NCBI GenBank assembly: GCA_965261735.1
Contig: OZ253470.1
Span: forward strand, 2,720,001 to 2,784,000
Source of the DNA: Alphaproteobacteria bacterium
Lineage (GTDB): Bacteria > Pseudomonadota > Alphaproteobacteria > SHVV01
Direction: 5' to 3'
Length of the DNA stretch: 64,000 nucleotides
Of the stretch, positions 53,850 to 64,000 are shown piece by piece (the first letter of the stretch is position 1; each line of letters starts with the position of its first letter). The notes beneath the pieces were generated by a model. The model saw only the letters and a list, made by a program, of their open reading frames with translations. It was not told the origin of the DNA and ran no database searches. The position numbers and the translations under genes are program-made.

Positions 53850-54469
53850 GCGCCTGCAGCCTCTTCGTCGAGGCGCCCGAGCTCGAAGAAGGTGCCGTGG
53901 CTCCACACGCCGACCACGGCCGAGCCCGGATGCGCCGCGACCCCGAGGTCGACCAGCTCGTAATAGACGGGACGGGCGATGAGCGCCTCGAGGCGATCGC
54001 GCACGAGGATGTAGGGGGCGAGGTGGCCGCCCGCCGCATCGTGGGCTATTCGGATCGGATGGTCGGCATCCGCGGCGACGAGTTCGTCGAGATTGGTGCG
54101 AAAGGTGAGCGCCTGGTCCTCTCCTCTGCCCGAGCGCGTTACGTCGACGGCGACGAACGGCGCGTCCTCGACCGTCACCGCGCACCGCTCGACGGGCGTG
54201 ACCAGCCAGAAGGAGCCATCGTCGTCGCGCCGGAGCACGCCGGCAAACAGCTTGACCAACGGTTTGCGACCGATCAGCGAGCCGTGGTAGAACCAAGTGC
54301 CGTCGCGGGCGATACGCATGTCGATATCGCCACGAGAACCGGCGCCATCCGGTCCGCGTTGGGCGGGTTGAGCACCGCCGAGCGCGACGGCGGGTTCGTT
54401 GGTGTCGCGGGGGGAGGACGTCGTCAAAACGGGCCGTGCGCGCGTGCGCGGGGGTTCCTGGCCTTCCAT
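53846..54469 (-). CDS. DUF1285 domain protein
   Basis: DMRI..DG.WFY.GS.I.R..LV.LF, LVTPVE, VEDAPF, TNLD, R.VYY. Confidence 0.85.
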   Translation of the reverse strand: MEGQEPPRTRARPVLTTSSPRDTNEPAVALGGAQPAQRGPDGAGSRGDIDMRIARDGTWFYHGSLIGRKPLVKLFAGVLRRDDDGSFWLVTPVERCAVTVEDAPFVAVDVTRSGRGEDQALTFRTNLDELVAADADHPIRIAHDAAGGHLAPYILVRDRLEALIARPVYYELVDLGVAAHPGSAVVGVWSHGTFFELGRLDEEAAGA

Positions 54470-54483
54470 CGTGGTGATCCGAC

Positions 54484-55515
54484 ATGAGTATAACCGAGCC
54501 CACGCAATCCGCCAGCCAAGGGCCGGCCGGTAAGCAAGACGACGCCCTCGCGCGCGAAATGGAGGAGCTGTGCGCCAAGCTCGCCGTGGTCCGCGAGCGG
54601 CTTGGCCGCGTCATCTTCGGCCAGCAGGAGGTGATCGACGAAACCCTCATCACCCTGTTGGCGGGTGGCCACGCCCTGCTGATCGGCGTGCCCGGCCTCG
54701 CCAAGACGCGCCTCGTCGAGACCCTCGGTCAGGTACTCGGCCTGTCGTCGCGGCGCATTCAATTCACGCCCGACCTGATGCCCGCCGACATCGTCGGCTC
54801 GGAGGTGCTCGAAGAGTCGGAAACCGGGCGCCGCTCGTTCCGCTTTATCAAGGGGCCGGTGTTCTGCCAGCTGCTGATGGCCGACGAGATCAACCGGGCC
54901 AGCCCGCGCACCCAGTCGGCGCTACTGCAGGCAATGCAGGAGATGCGCGTCTCCATGGCCGGGCATAACCACGCCCTTCCCGCCCCCTTCCACGTGCTGG
55001 CGACGCAGAACCCGCTCGAGCAGGAGGGCACCTACCCGCTGCCCGAGGCGCAGCTCGACCGCTTCCTCATGCAGGTCGACGTCGGCTACCCCGACCTCGA
55101 GGCCGAGCGTGCCATGCTCCTGGCGACCACTGGCCCGCCCGAGGTGCCGCCGGGTGAAGTGATGTCGGCCGAGGAACTGAAGGCGGCGCAGCGCCTGGTC
55201 CGGCGCATCCCGGTCGGCGAAAGCGTGGTCGAAGCCATCCTCAAGCTGGTGCGCTCGGGCCGGCCCGACACCACCGACCTCGACGACATCAAGCGCCACG
55301 TCGCCTGGGGACCGGGACCGCGGGCGAGCCAGGCGCTGATCCTGGCGGTGCGGGCCCGGGCGCTGATCGACGGACGGCTATCGCCTTCGCTCGATGACGT
55401 CGTCGCGCTGGCACCGCCGACGCTGCGCCATCGCATGGCTCTCAATTTTGGCGCCCGCGCTGACGGCGTCACGACGGCGCAGACGATCGAGCGCCTGTGC
55501 GCGCCCTTTGCCTGA
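54484..55515 (+). CDS. MoxR family AAA+ ATPase
   Basis: [46 protein letters not shown]. Confidence 0.95.
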   Translation: MSITEPTQSASQGPAGKQDDALAREMEELCAKLAVVRERLGRVIFGQQEVIDETLITLLAGGHALLIGVPGLAKTRLVETLGQVLGLSSRRIQFTPDLMPADIVGSEVLEESETGRRSFRFIKGPVFCQLLMADEINRASPRTQSALLQAMQEMRVSMAGHNHALPAPFHVLATQNPLEQEGTYPLPEAQLDRFLMQVDVGYPDLEAERAMLLATTGPPEVPPGEVMSAEELKAAQRLVRRIPVGESVVEAILKLVRSGRPDTTDLDDIKRHVAWGPGPRASQALILAVRARALIDGRLSPSLDDVVALAPPTLRHRMALNFGARADGVTTAQTIERLCAPFA

Positions 55516-55521
55516 GCACCC

Positions 55522-56451
55522 ATGAGCTTGAGCGCCAGCGGCACCGACGCGTCCTCCCGTGCAGCCACGGCCGGACACGGGCTGCGCCAGCGCGCCGAAC
55601 AGCTCGCGGCAACGCTACCGCCCCTCCTGGTCATGGTCGACCACGTCGCCGCGACGGTCTCCCAGGGCGTTCACGGCCGTCGCCGGGTCGGCGGCGGCGA
55701 GACCTTCTGGCAATTCCGGCGCTATCAGCCAGGCGACGCCGCGAACCAGGTCGATTGGCGCCAGTCGGCCAAATCGCAACACCTGTTCATCCGCGAGACC
55801 GAATGGGAAGCGGCCGAGAGCGTGTGGTTGTGGCGCGACGGCTCGCGCTCGATGGCCTACCAATCGCCCTACGCCACGACGGAAAAGAAGGAACGGGCGA
55901 CACTGCTGCTGCTGGCGCTCGCGGCGCTCCTGCTGCGCGGCGGCGAGCACGTCGGCCTGCTCGGCGAGGACACCTCGGCGCGCGCCGGACGGGTCATGCT
56001 CGAGCGCTTCGCCGCGACCCTGCTGCGGCACGCCGGCGGGGCGGTGGCCGATCGCCAGAGCATACCGCCGGTCGCCCGCCTGCCGCGCTTTGCCGAGCTC
56101 GTCCTGATCGGTGACTTTCTGTCACCGCTGTCCGAAATCGATGCCCTGATACGCGGCTACGCGGCCGCCGACATCAAGGGCCACCTCCTCCACGTGCTCG
56201 ACCCGGCGGAAGAGGATCTGCCGTTCAACGGCCGCACCGAGTTCCTTGGGCTCGAGGGTGAGGCGCCGTTGATCGTCAGCCGCGTCGAGGGGCTGCGCGG
56301 CGACTATGCGACCCGGCTCGACGCCCACCGGCGCGGCCTCATGACGATCGCCCGCACCGCGGGCTGGACCTTTACGTCCCACCGCACCGACCGTCCGCCG
56401 CACACCGCCCTGCTCGCGGTTTACGAGGCGCTGGCGAGCGGGTCGAGATAG
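55522..56451 (+). CDS. DUF58 domain protein
   Basis: G.HGRRR.G.GE.FWQ.R.Y.PGD, DWR.SA, D.S.SM. Confidence 0.9.
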   Translation: MSLSASGTDASSRAATAGHGLRQRAEQLAATLPPLLVMVDHVAATVSQGVHGRRRVGGGETFWQFRRYQPGDAANQVDWRQSAKSQHLFIRETEWEAAESVWLWRDGSRSMAYQSPYATTEKKERATLLLLALAALLLRGGEHVGLLGEDTSARAGRVMLERFAATLLRHAGGAVADRQSIPPVARLPRFAELVLIGDFLSPLSEIDALIRGYAAADIKGHLLHVLDPAEEDLPFNGRTEFLGLEGEAPLIVSRVEGLRGDYATRLDAHRRGLMTIARTAGWTFTSHRTDRPPHTALLAVYEALASGSR

Positions 56452-56468
56452 GCGGGTCCGGCCGGTCG

Positions 56469-59213
56469 ATGCTGACCCTGGGATCGCTCGCGCTCGTTAA
56501 TCCGTGGATCCTGCTCGCGCTCGCCGCGCTGCCGGCCCTGTGGTGGTTGCTGAAGGTGACGCCGCCGGCACCCCGCCGCATCCCCTTCCCGGCCATCCGG
56601 CTCCTGCTCGGGCTCGCGACCACCGAGCAGACCCCGGCGCGGACGCCGTTATGGCTGCTCGTGCTGCGGCTGCTGCTGGCGGCCCTAGTCATCGTCGCGC
56701 TCGCCCATCCGCTGCTCAATCCCAATGCCCGACTCGCCGGAACGGGCCCGCTCGTCATCGTCGTCGACAATGGCTGGGCGGCCGCGTCGCGCTGGCAGCG
56801 GCGCAGCGAAACGATGGCGGATCTGCTCGCCCAGGCCGAGCGCGCGGGACGACCGGTTGCCGTGCTGGCGACGGCGCCGCCGGTCGATGGCGGGCCGATA
56901 CGCGCGAGCGGACTATTGACCGCCGCCGAGGCGCGCGAGCGCGTGCAGTCGCTGCGCCCGCTGCCTTGGCCGACCGATCGGGCCGCGGCCGGCGCCGCGC
57001 TCGTCGATCTGGCGCTCGAGGAATCGGCCGAGGTCGTGTGGCTCAGCGACGGGCTCGACGGGGGCCTCGCGGAGCTCGCCGCGAAACTGCGGCGCCTCGG
57101 GCCGACCCAGGTGTTGATCGAGCCGGCCGATGCGCTGCCGATGGCGCTGACGCCGCCGTCGGGAGAGGGATCGCGCCTTACGGTCCGCGCCCTGCGCGCG
57201 GCACGCGGGTTCGACATATCCCACTGGGTGCGCGCGAGCGATGCCGCGGGCCGGCTGATGACGCGGGCGGAGGTCCATTTCGAGGCCGCTTCGGGCGAGG
57301 CCACGGCCGACCTCGACGTGCCGGTCGAGGTGCGCAACAAGGTGGCGCGCCTGGAGATAGAGAACCAGCGTTCGGCGGGCGCCGTGGTGCTGCTCGACGA
57401 GCGTTGGCGGCGGCGCCCGGTGGGCCTGGTATCGGGCGGCGGAATCGAGGCGGCGCAACCGCTGCTGGCCAACCTGTTCTACCTGGAGCGCGCGCTCAAC
57501 CCGTTCGCCGACGTGCGCACGGGCACCATCGAGGAACTCCTGCAGCGCGACCTCGCGGTGCTCGTGCTCGCCGACGTCGGCCAGGTGATCGGCAGCCAGC
57601 GCGACCTCCTCGACGACTGGCTCGAGCGTGGCGGCGTTCTGGTTCGCTTCGCCGGGCCCAAGCTCGCCGAGAGAGTCGACGACCTGATCCCGGTGCGGCT
57701 GCGCGGCGGCGGCCGCTCCTTGGGCGGTGCCCTGTCGTGGAGCCGCCCCGCGCGCCTGGCGCCGTTTGACGCGGCCAGTCCCTTTGCGGGCCTCGCGGTA
57801 TCGGACGACGTGCGCGTCCGCCGCCAGGTCCTGGCCGAGCCTTCGCTTGACCTCGGGGCCAAGACCTGGGCCCGGCTTTCCGACGGCACGCCGTTGGTCA
57901 CGGCGGACCGACGCGGTAACGGCCGGCTCGTCCTGTTTCACGTCACCGCCAACGCGGAGTGGTCGAACCTGCCACTATCGGGACTCTTCGTCGAGCTGCT
58001 GCGGCGCATCGTCGCCATCAGCCAGGGCGTCGGAGCAGGCGACGCGGCGGCCAACCTCTCTCCGCTGGCGACCCTCGATGGCTTCGGCGTGATCGGCGCG
58101 CCACCGGCCAGCGCCAGGCCGCTGGCAACGTCCGAGATCGCCAACATCAGGGTGAGCCCGACCCACCCGCCGGGCTACTACGGCACCACCGAGGCGCGCC
58201 GCGCCGTCAACTTGTCCGCCGGTTTGTCCGCGCTCAGCGCCGCCGGGTCCCTGCCCCAGGGCGTGCAGCGCAGCGGCTACACCCAGGCACCGGAGACCGA
58301 TCTCAAGCCGTGGCTGCTGGCGGCGGCGATCCTGCTCGGCTTGATCGATCTCGTCGCCAGCTATTGGCTGCGCGGCCTGTTCGCGCTCGGGCTCTCCAGG
58401 GCCCGAGCGGCGAGCGCGGCCGCGATGGTAGCGGCGCTGCTCGCGGCGGCACCGGCCGCGGCACAATCGCCGACCGACCAGTTCGCGCTCACCGCGACCT
58501 TCGAGACTCACCTGGCCTATGTCCAGACCGGCCTCGAAGAGCTCGACGCCATGAGCCGCGCCGGCCTCTTGGGCCTCGGCGAGGCGCTGGCGCAGCGCAC
58601 CTCGGTCGAGCCGGGGCGACCGATCGGCGTCGACCTCGAGCGCGACGAGCTGGCGTTCTTCCCCCTGCTCTACTGGACGATCGCTCCGGAGCAGCCGGAC
58701 GTGTCCGACTACGCCCTCGAGAAGATCGACGCCTACATGAAGAACGGCGGCACGATCCTGTTCGATACGCGCGACCAGGGCGCGATCGCACCCGGCCTCG
58801 GGTTCGGTGGCGCATCCTCGAGCGGACCGGGCATGCAGCGGCTGCGCCAGATCCTCGGAGGCCTCAACATTCCGCCGCTCGTTCCCGTCCCCGACAACCA
58901 CGTTCTGACCAAGGCGTTCTACCTGTTGCAGGAGTTTCCCGGCCGCTGGACCGGCGGCCAGGTGTGGGTCGAGCGCCACGGCGGCGGGGTCAATGACGGC
59001 GTCTCATCGATCATCATCGGCGGCAACGACTGGGCGGCGTCCTGGGCCATCGACGACGAGGGCCGGCCGATTGCGGCGGTCGTGCCCGGCGGCGAGCCAC
59101 AGCGCGAGATGGCCTACCGATTCGGCGTCAACGTTGTGATGTACGCGCTCACCGGCAACTACAAGGCCGATCAGGTGCACGTGCCCGCCATACTCGAACG
59201 GCTCGGCCAGTGA
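56469..59213 (+). CDS. BatA N-terminal / DUF4159 domain membrane protein
   Basis: NPW.L..L..LP.LWWLL, FP, LLRL; C-terminal FFPLLYW, GG.ILFD, NDWA..W, ALTGNYK.DQVH. Confidence 0.88.
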   Translation: MLTLGSLALVNPWILLALAALPALWWLLKVTPPAPRRIPFPAIRLLLGLATTEQTPARTPLWLLVLRLLLAALVIVALAHPLLNPNARLAGTGPLVIVVDNGWAAASRWQRRSETMADLLAQAERAGRPVAVLATAPPVDGGPIRASGLLTAAEARERVQSLRPLPWPTDRAAAGAALVDLALEESAEVVWLSDGLDGGLAELAAKLRRLGPTQVLIEPADALPMALTPPSGEGSRLTVRALRAARGFDISHWVRASDAAGRLMTRAEVHFEAASGEATADLDVPVEVRNKVARLEIENQRSAGAVVLLDERWRRRPVGLVSGGGIEAAQPLLANLFYLERALNPFADVRTGTIEELLQRDLAVLVLADVGQVIGSQRDLLDDWLERGGVLVRFAGPKLAERVDDLIPVRLRGGGRSLGGALSWSRPARLAPFDAASPFAGLAVSDDVRVRRQVLAEPSLDLGAKTWARLSDGTPLVTADRRGNGRLVLFHVTANAEWSNLPLSGLFVELLRRIVAISQGVGAGDAAANLSPLATLDGFGVIGAPPASARPLATSEIANIRVSPTHPPGYYGTTEARRAVNLSAGLSALSAAGSLPQGVQRSGYTQAPETDLKPWLLAAAILLGLIDLVASYWLRGLFALGLSRARAASAAAMVAALLAAAPAAAQSPTDQFALTATFETHLAYVQTGLEELDAMSRAGLLGLGEALAQRTSVEPGRPIGVDLERDELAFFPLLYWTIAPEQPDVSDYALEKIDAYMKNGGTILFDTRDQGAIAPGLGFGGASSSGPGMQRLRQILGGLNIPPLVPVPDNHVLTKAFYLLQEFPGRWTGGQVWVERHGGGVNDGVSSIIIGGNDWAASWAIDDEGRPIAAVVPGGEPQREMAYRFGVNVVMYALTGNYKADQVHVPAILERLGQ

Positions 59214-59244
59214 GAGGGGCGCGCCCGCCGCGGCGCAACCGGCG

Positions 59245-61341
59245 ATGACCAGCCTCACCAGCGTGGCGTTCTTGCCGCAGCTCCCGTGGGTGGTGATTGC
59301 TGCTCTCGCGGGCCTCGCGCTCGCCCTCCTCGTTTACGGCGCAACGCGCGGGGCGCCGGGCACGGCTTGGCGTGCGTTCGCCTTCGCGATCGGGCTGTTG
59401 GCGCTGACCGAACCCTCGTTGGTGAGCGAGAAGCGCGACATGCTCACCGACGTCGCGGCGGTTGTGGTCGATCAGTCGCAGAGCCAGCGAATCGGCGGCA
59501 GGGCTACGGCGTCCGAGCAGGCGCTCACCGAAATCGAGGAGCGGCTCGGCCGCCTCGAGGGCGTCGAGGTTCGCGTCGTGCGCGCCTCCAACCGGCTCGC
59601 TTCCGGCGACGGCGACCAGCGCCGCGAGGGCACGCTGTTGCTGTCGGCGCTCGCGGAGGCACTCGCCGACACGCCGCGCGAGCGCATCGCCGGTGCCATC
59701 TTGATTACCGACGGGCAGGTCCACGACGTGCCCGACCAGGCCGCGGCGGCCTCGCCCGGCGGTCCCGTGCACGTCCTGTTGACGGGGCGCCAGGGCGAGC
59801 GCGACCGGCGCGCGATCATCGAGCAGGCGCCGAGCTACGGTCTCGTCGGCAAGACGCTCGAGTTGCGGCTGCGCATCGAGGATGCGGGCGTGCCGCGCGG
59901 ATCGGGCGAGCGTACCGCCGCGCGCTTCACGCTGCGCCGCGATGGTGGTCCCGCGACCCAGCACAGCGCCATCGTCGGGCAGACGCAGCGGGTGCCGTTC
60001 ACACTCGACCACGGCGGCCAGACGGTCATCGAGATCGAGGCGGCGGGCGGCCCGCAAGAGCTCACGCTGCAGAACAACCGCGCCGTCATCAGCGTCAACG
60101 GGGTGCGCGACCGGTTGCGGGTGCTCCTCGTTTCAGGCAAACCACACCCGGGCGAGCGCACCTGGCGGAACCTGCTCAAGGCCGACCCCTCGGTCGACCT
60201 CGTGCATTTCACCATTCTCAGGCCGCCCGAGAAGCAGGACGGCACGCCGGTGCGCGAGCTGTCGCTCATTGCCTTTCCGGTGCGCGAGCTGTTCGAGGTC
60301 AAGCTCAAGGAGTTCGACCTCATCATTTTCGACCACTACCGCCGACGCGGCGTTCTGCCCCAGATCTACCTCGGCAACGTCGTCGACTACGTGCACGAAG
60401 GCGGCGCGATTCTGGAGGCGGCGGGGCCTGACTTCGCCTCTTCCCTGAGCCTCTACCGCACGCCGCTGGCGAGCCTGCTTCCCGGCGAGCCGACCGGCGA
60501 GATCTACCGCGAGGGGTTCCGGCCCACCATCAGCGCGCTCGGCCGACGCCACCCGGTGACCGCCGACCTGCCGGGCGCCGCCGCGTCGACGCCGCGCTGG
60601 GGGCGCTGGTTCCGCATGGTCGACGTGGTCGCCCACGGGGGCACGTCGCTGATGAGCGGCGTCGACGACAAACCGCTGCTGATCGTCGACCGGGCCGGGG
60701 AGGGCCGGGTCGCCCAACTCCTCTCCGACCACGCGTGGCTATGGACGCGGGGCTTCGAGGGCGGCGGACCCCAGGCCGAGCTGCTGCGTCGACTAGGGCA
60801 TTGGCTGATGAAGGAGCCCGACCTCGAGGAGGAGCAGCTGACCGCCACCGCGAACGGGCAACGGCTGACCATCGTGCGGCGCAGCCTCGAGGCCGGCGAT
60901 CGCGACATTACACTGACCTCGCCCTCGGAGACCGTGCGCACGGTGCGGCTCGAGGACGGCGCGGACGGGCGCGCGAGCGCCACGGTCGAGGTCGACGAGG
61001 TGGGCCTGTATCGCGTGACCGACGGCAGGCGCAGCGGGGTTGCCGCGGTCGGCTCGCTCAACCCGGTGGAATATGCCGACGTGCGCGCCACCGACGAGCT
61101 TCTCGGCCCCGTCGCCGAAGCGACCGGCGGCGCGCTGGTGTGGCTCGCGCGCGACGGAATCCCGAGCATCCGCCATGTGCGGCCACGGCGCGAAACCGCG
61201 GGCCAAGGGTGGATCGGCCTGCGCCGCAACGGCCAGTACCTGGTCACAGGCGTCAATCAACTGGCGCTGCTGCCGCCGCTGCTGGTCCTGGTGCTCGTGC
61301 TCGGTGGCTTCGCGCTCGCGTGGCGGCGCGAGGGGCGCTGA
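59245..61341 (+). CDS. Membrane protein with vWA-like and glutamine-amidotransferase-like domains (MoxR operon)
   Basis: VVD.S.SQ, ITDGQVHD, LLVSG.PH.GER.WRNLLK.DP.VDLVHFTILRPP. Confidence 0.82.
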   Translation: MTSLTSVAFLPQLPWVVIAALAGLALALLVYGATRGAPGTAWRAFAFAIGLLALTEPSLVSEKRDMLTDVAAVVVDQSQSQRIGGRATASEQALTEIEERLGRLEGVEVRVVRASNRLASGDGDQRREGTLLLSALAEALADTPRERIAGAILITDGQVHDVPDQAAAASPGGPVHVLLTGRQGERDRRAIIEQAPSYGLVGKTLELRLRIEDAGVPRGSGERTAARFTLRRDGGPATQHSAIVGQTQRVPFTLDHGGQTVIEIEAAGGPQELTLQNNRAVISVNGVRDRLRVLLVSGKPHPGERTWRNLLKADPSVDLVHFTILRPPEKQDGTPVRELSLIAFPVRELFEVKLKEFDLIIFDHYRRRGVLPQIYLGNVVDYVHEGGAILEAAGPDFASSLSLYRTPLASLLPGEPTGEIYREGFRPTISALGRRHPVTADLPGAAASTPRWGRWFRMVDVVAHGGTSLMSGVDDKPLLIVDRAGEGRVAQLLSDHAWLWTRGFEGGGPQAELLRRLGHWLMKEPDLEEEQLTATANGQRLTIVRRSLEAGDRDITLTSPSETVRTVRLEDGADGRASATVEVDEVGLYRVTDGRRSGVAAVGSLNPVEYADVRATDELLGPVAEATGGALVWLARDGIPSIRHVRPRRETAGQGWIGLRRNGQYLVTGVNQLALLPPLLVLVLVLGGFALAWRREGR

Positions 61342-61449
61342 GGCGGCCGGCCGTAGTCGCCGGAGGCTGGACGGGCCCGGCAAATACACCTAGTTTTGAG
61401 ACGCACCGAGCACCGCCCTCCGGTGCGCCCCTGCGAGGTAGGATCCATC

Positions 61450-62112
61450 ATGTTCTATGAGACCTCGGGCCCGCACGGCCTGCCCCACGATCCGTTCAAG
61501 AGCTGCGTCGTGCCGCGCCCCATCGGCTGGATCAGCACGCTCGGTCGCGACGGCGTCGCCAACCTCGCGCCGTTCAGCTTCTTCAACGGCGTCGGCGCCA
61601 ACCCGCCCCAGGTCATGTATCACTGCGGCAGCCAGCACGCCGACGGCGGCGCCAAGGACAGCCTCAAGAACGTCATCGAGACCGGCGAGTTCGTGTTCAA
61701 CATGGCGACCTGGGAGCTGCGCGAACAGATGAACACCACCTCGTTGCATGTGGCGCGCAGCGTCGACGAGTTCGCGGCCGCGGGCCTCGCCACCGAGCCG
61801 TCCGAGCTGGTCAGCCCGCCGCGCGTCGCGGCCTCGCCCATCCACCTCGAATGCACCCTGGTCAAAACGGTGGACCTGCTGTCGAACGACCCCGACGACT
61901 ACAACACCATCGTCTGCGGGCACGTGATCGGAATCCACATCAAGGACGAGATCCTGACCGAGGGCACGGTCGACATGTCGAAGCTGCGGCCAATCGCGCG
62001 GCTCGGCTACATGGATTACACCGTCGTCGACAACCACTTCACCATGCCGTTCCCGGACGCGAGCCCCAAGGCGCATAAGGCCGAGGCGGCCGAGAGGGTG
62101 CCGGCGGAGTAG
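61450..62112 (+). CDS. Flavin reductase-like (DIM6/NTAB) protein
   Basis: PRPIGWIST, NLAPFSFFN, KDSL.N...TGEFV.N, ARLG. Confidence 0.9.
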   Translation: MFYETSGPHGLPHDPFKSCVVPRPIGWISTLGRDGVANLAPFSFFNGVGANPPQVMYHCGSQHADGGAKDSLKNVIETGEFVFNMATWELREQMNTTSLHVARSVDEFAAAGLATEPSELVSPPRVAASPIHLECTLVKTVDLLSNDPDDYNTIVCGHVIGIHIKDEILTEGTVDMSKLRPIARLGYMDYTVVDNHFTMPFPDASPKAHKAEAAERVPAE

Positions 62113-62177
62113 CGCCCGAGGCGTGAACAACCTCGGCACGGGCGCGCCCGCAATGGTTCACGAGTGAAGGTTTAGGC

Positions 62178-63137
62178 ATGGGCATGTTGATCGACGGCGT
62201 GTGGCGCGAGGACGGCGCGCGGCGCGCCAAGGGGGGTGCGTTCGTGCGCCCCGAGTCGGTGTTCCGCGATTGCCGCGACGGCGCCACCGGGTTCGAGGCC
62301 GAGGCCGGCCGCTACCACCTGTACGTCTCCGCCGCCTGCCCGTGGGCGCACCGCACCCTCATTCTGCGCAAACTGAAGGGCCTCGATGATGTGGTGTCGC
62401 TGTCCGTCGTCGACCCCTTCATGGGCGAGGACGGCTGGATCTTCAGCGAGCGCCCAGGGTGCCTGCCCGACACCGTGAACGGCGCTCGCTGCCTGAGCGA
62501 GGTCTACCTCGCCGCCGACCCCGACGTGACCAGCCGCGTGACGGTACCGGTGCTGTGGGACCGCGAGCGGCGCACCATCGTCAACAACGAGTCAGCGGAG
62601 ATCATCCGCATGTTCAACGGCGCCTTCGACGACATCGTCGACGGCGCGGAGGACTTCTGCCCGGAGGCGCTGCGCGGCGATATCGACGCGATCAACGCGT
62701 TCGTCTACGACCGCATCAACAACGGCGTCTACAAGTGCGGCTTCGCCCGCACCCAGGAGACCTACGAGCAAGCGTTCCTCGCGCTATTCGCGGCCCTCGA
62801 CACTATCGAGGACATGCTCGGGCGCGAACGCTATCTCGTGGGCGGCCGTATCACCGAGGCCGACTGGCGCCTGTTCACGACGCTGGTGCGCTTCGATGCG
62901 GTCTACTACGGGCACTTCAAGTGCAACCTGCGGCGAATCATCGACTATCCGAACCTATCCAACTATTCGCGCGAGCTGTATCAGGTGCCGGGAGTCGCCG
63001 AGACCGTCGACATGGGCCACATCAAGGCCCACTACTACCGCTGCCACGAATCGATCAACCCGAGCCGCATCGTCCCCCTCGGCCCGGAGCTCGACTTCCC
63101 CGCCCCGCACGACCGCGACCGACTCCCCGCCGACTGA
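62178..63137 (+). CDS. Glutathionyl-hydroquinone reductase (GST omega/Xi, YqjG-like)
   Basis: GRYHLYVS.ACPWAHR, TVPVLWD, NNES, INNGVY, RFD.VY.HFKCN. Confidence 0.93.
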   Translation: MGMLIDGVWREDGARRAKGGAFVRPESVFRDCRDGATGFEAEAGRYHLYVSAACPWAHRTLILRKLKGLDDVVSLSVVDPFMGEDGWIFSERPGCLPDTVNGARCLSEVYLAADPDVTSRVTVPVLWDRERRTIVNNESAEIIRMFNGAFDDIVDGAEDFCPEALRGDIDAINAFVYDRINNGVYKCGFARTQETYEQAFLALFAALDTIEDMLGRERYLVGGRITEADWRLFTTLVRFDAVYYGHFKCNLRRIIDYPNLSNYSRELYQVPGVAETVDMGHIKAHYYRCHESINPSRIVPLGPELDFPAPHDRDRLPAD

Positions 63138-63150
63138 GATACGCATGGCG

Positions 63151-64000
63151 TCACTCCGCGGCGCTCGCAGCGCGAGCGTCGGTCGCGGTGCCGGCTTCCG
63201 GCGTTGCGCCCGCCAATCGGCGGCCCGGCGGAAAGAACATGGTGATTTGGGTCCCTATCCCGGGGCGGCTGTTGATTTTCAGGCCGCCCCCATGGGCCTC
63301 GGCGATGGAGCGACACAGCGGCAGGCCGAGGCCCGTTCCCTCTTGATTCCGCAGCAAGCCGGAGGCGCCGCGGCCGAATAAAGTCAGGGATTCGGTGATC
63401 TCCTCGGGCGTCATGCCGATCCCTGTATCCGACACCGCGACCGATGTCGTCGCGTCGTTACCCACTCCGAGGGAAATCGTAATCTTGCCCCCGCGACCGG
63501 TGAATTTGGTCGCGTTGACGAGCAGGTTGAGGAGGACCTGCTTGATCCTGCGCTCGTCGCCCTTGACGTAGACGGGCGCCGGTGGCGTCGACGTCTCCAG
63601 TCGGAGCCCGAGCTCGCTGGCGCGCTGGCCCATCAGGTTGAGGCATCCGTTCACGACCGCCTTCAGGTCTATCGGCTCCTCGGCCAGCTCGAAGTGGCCG
63701 AGCTCGACCTTCGACAGATCGAGGAGGTCGTTGATGAGGTTGAGTAGATGGTCGCCCGAGGCGTGGATATCGGTCACATATTCGCGGTGCCTTTCGTTCA
63801 ACGGGCCGCCGATACCGGCGTTCATCGCCTCGGAAAAGCCGAGAATGGCGTTGAGGGGGGTGCGAAGCTCATGGCTCATGCTAGCGAGGAACTGCGATTT
63901 CGCCTTGTTGGCGGCGACCGCCTGATTTCGTGCTTCTCGCAGACCTTCGGCTAGACTGCGTTGCTCGATTTGCGCGGACAGCTGGTTCTTCAGAAGGCTA
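63151..64000 (-). CDS. Sensor histidine kinase, 5'-partial
   Basis: MSHELRTPLNAI (H box), NLLVNA.KF, DTGIG, GTGLGL. Confidence 0.92.
   Translation of the reverse strand, partial: SLLKNQLSAQIEQRSLAEGLREARNQAVAANKAKSQFLASMSHELRTPLNAILGFSEAMNAGIGGPLNERHREYVTDIHASGDHLLNLINDLLDLSKVELGHFELAEEPIDLKAVVNGCLNLMGQRASELGLRLETSTPPAPVYVKGDERRIKQVLLNLLVNATKFTGRGGKITISLGVGNDATTSVAVSDTGIGMTPEEITESLTLFGRGASGLLRNQEGTGLGLPLCRSIAEAHGGGLKINSRPGIGTQITMFFPPGRRLAGATPEAGTATDARAASAAE

Noticed and set aside
54484-61341. MoxR/DUF58/DUF4159/membrane-protein operon as a novel system
   Set aside because: Widely conserved alphaproteobacterial arrangement next to DUF1285-nudix-cca; function unclear but not new.

Overview
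High-GC alphaproteobacterial chromosome segment, probably Rhodospirillales-like (inferred from gene order and protein motifs). Bases 1-2.4 kb carry ABC transporter genes. From about 2.45 to 15.0 kb lies a heavily decayed accessory island abutting the 3' end of tRNA-Thr(GGT). It holds three independently damaged IS1595 copies, two IS256 copies, IS21 and IS66 remnants, two truncated tyrosine recombinases, a broken GDSL-esterase autotransporter, and fragments of DUF2493, PIN, cold-shock, HTH and phage-replication genes. It also contains a perfect 32-bp palindrome and one apparently intact small-ORF + zeta/COG4185-like ATPase pair. Core genes follow (murA, hisG, hisD, infA, maf, yacG, tRNA-Phe). 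A second accessory patch after tRNA-Phe has IS256, a Rieske oxygenase remnant and an operon of a CADD/heme-oxygenase-like diiron enzyme, a TRAP transporter and an amidohydrolase. The rest is mostly housekeeping: csaA, proC, ubiK, lgt, pgeF, IS1182, prs, rplY, pth, ychF, an mtnP-apt/mtnA-aldolase-SDR salvage cluster, petABC, trmL, hemF, cca, a MoxR/DUF58/DUF4159 operon, a GST and a histidine kinase. No CRISPR array or rRNA was seen. The best candidates for undescribed biology are the diiron-enzyme/TRAP operon, the MtnA-coupled aldolase-SDR fusion, the leaderless zeta-like module and the IS1595 target preference. All functional calls come from motif recognition by eye, not from database searches.
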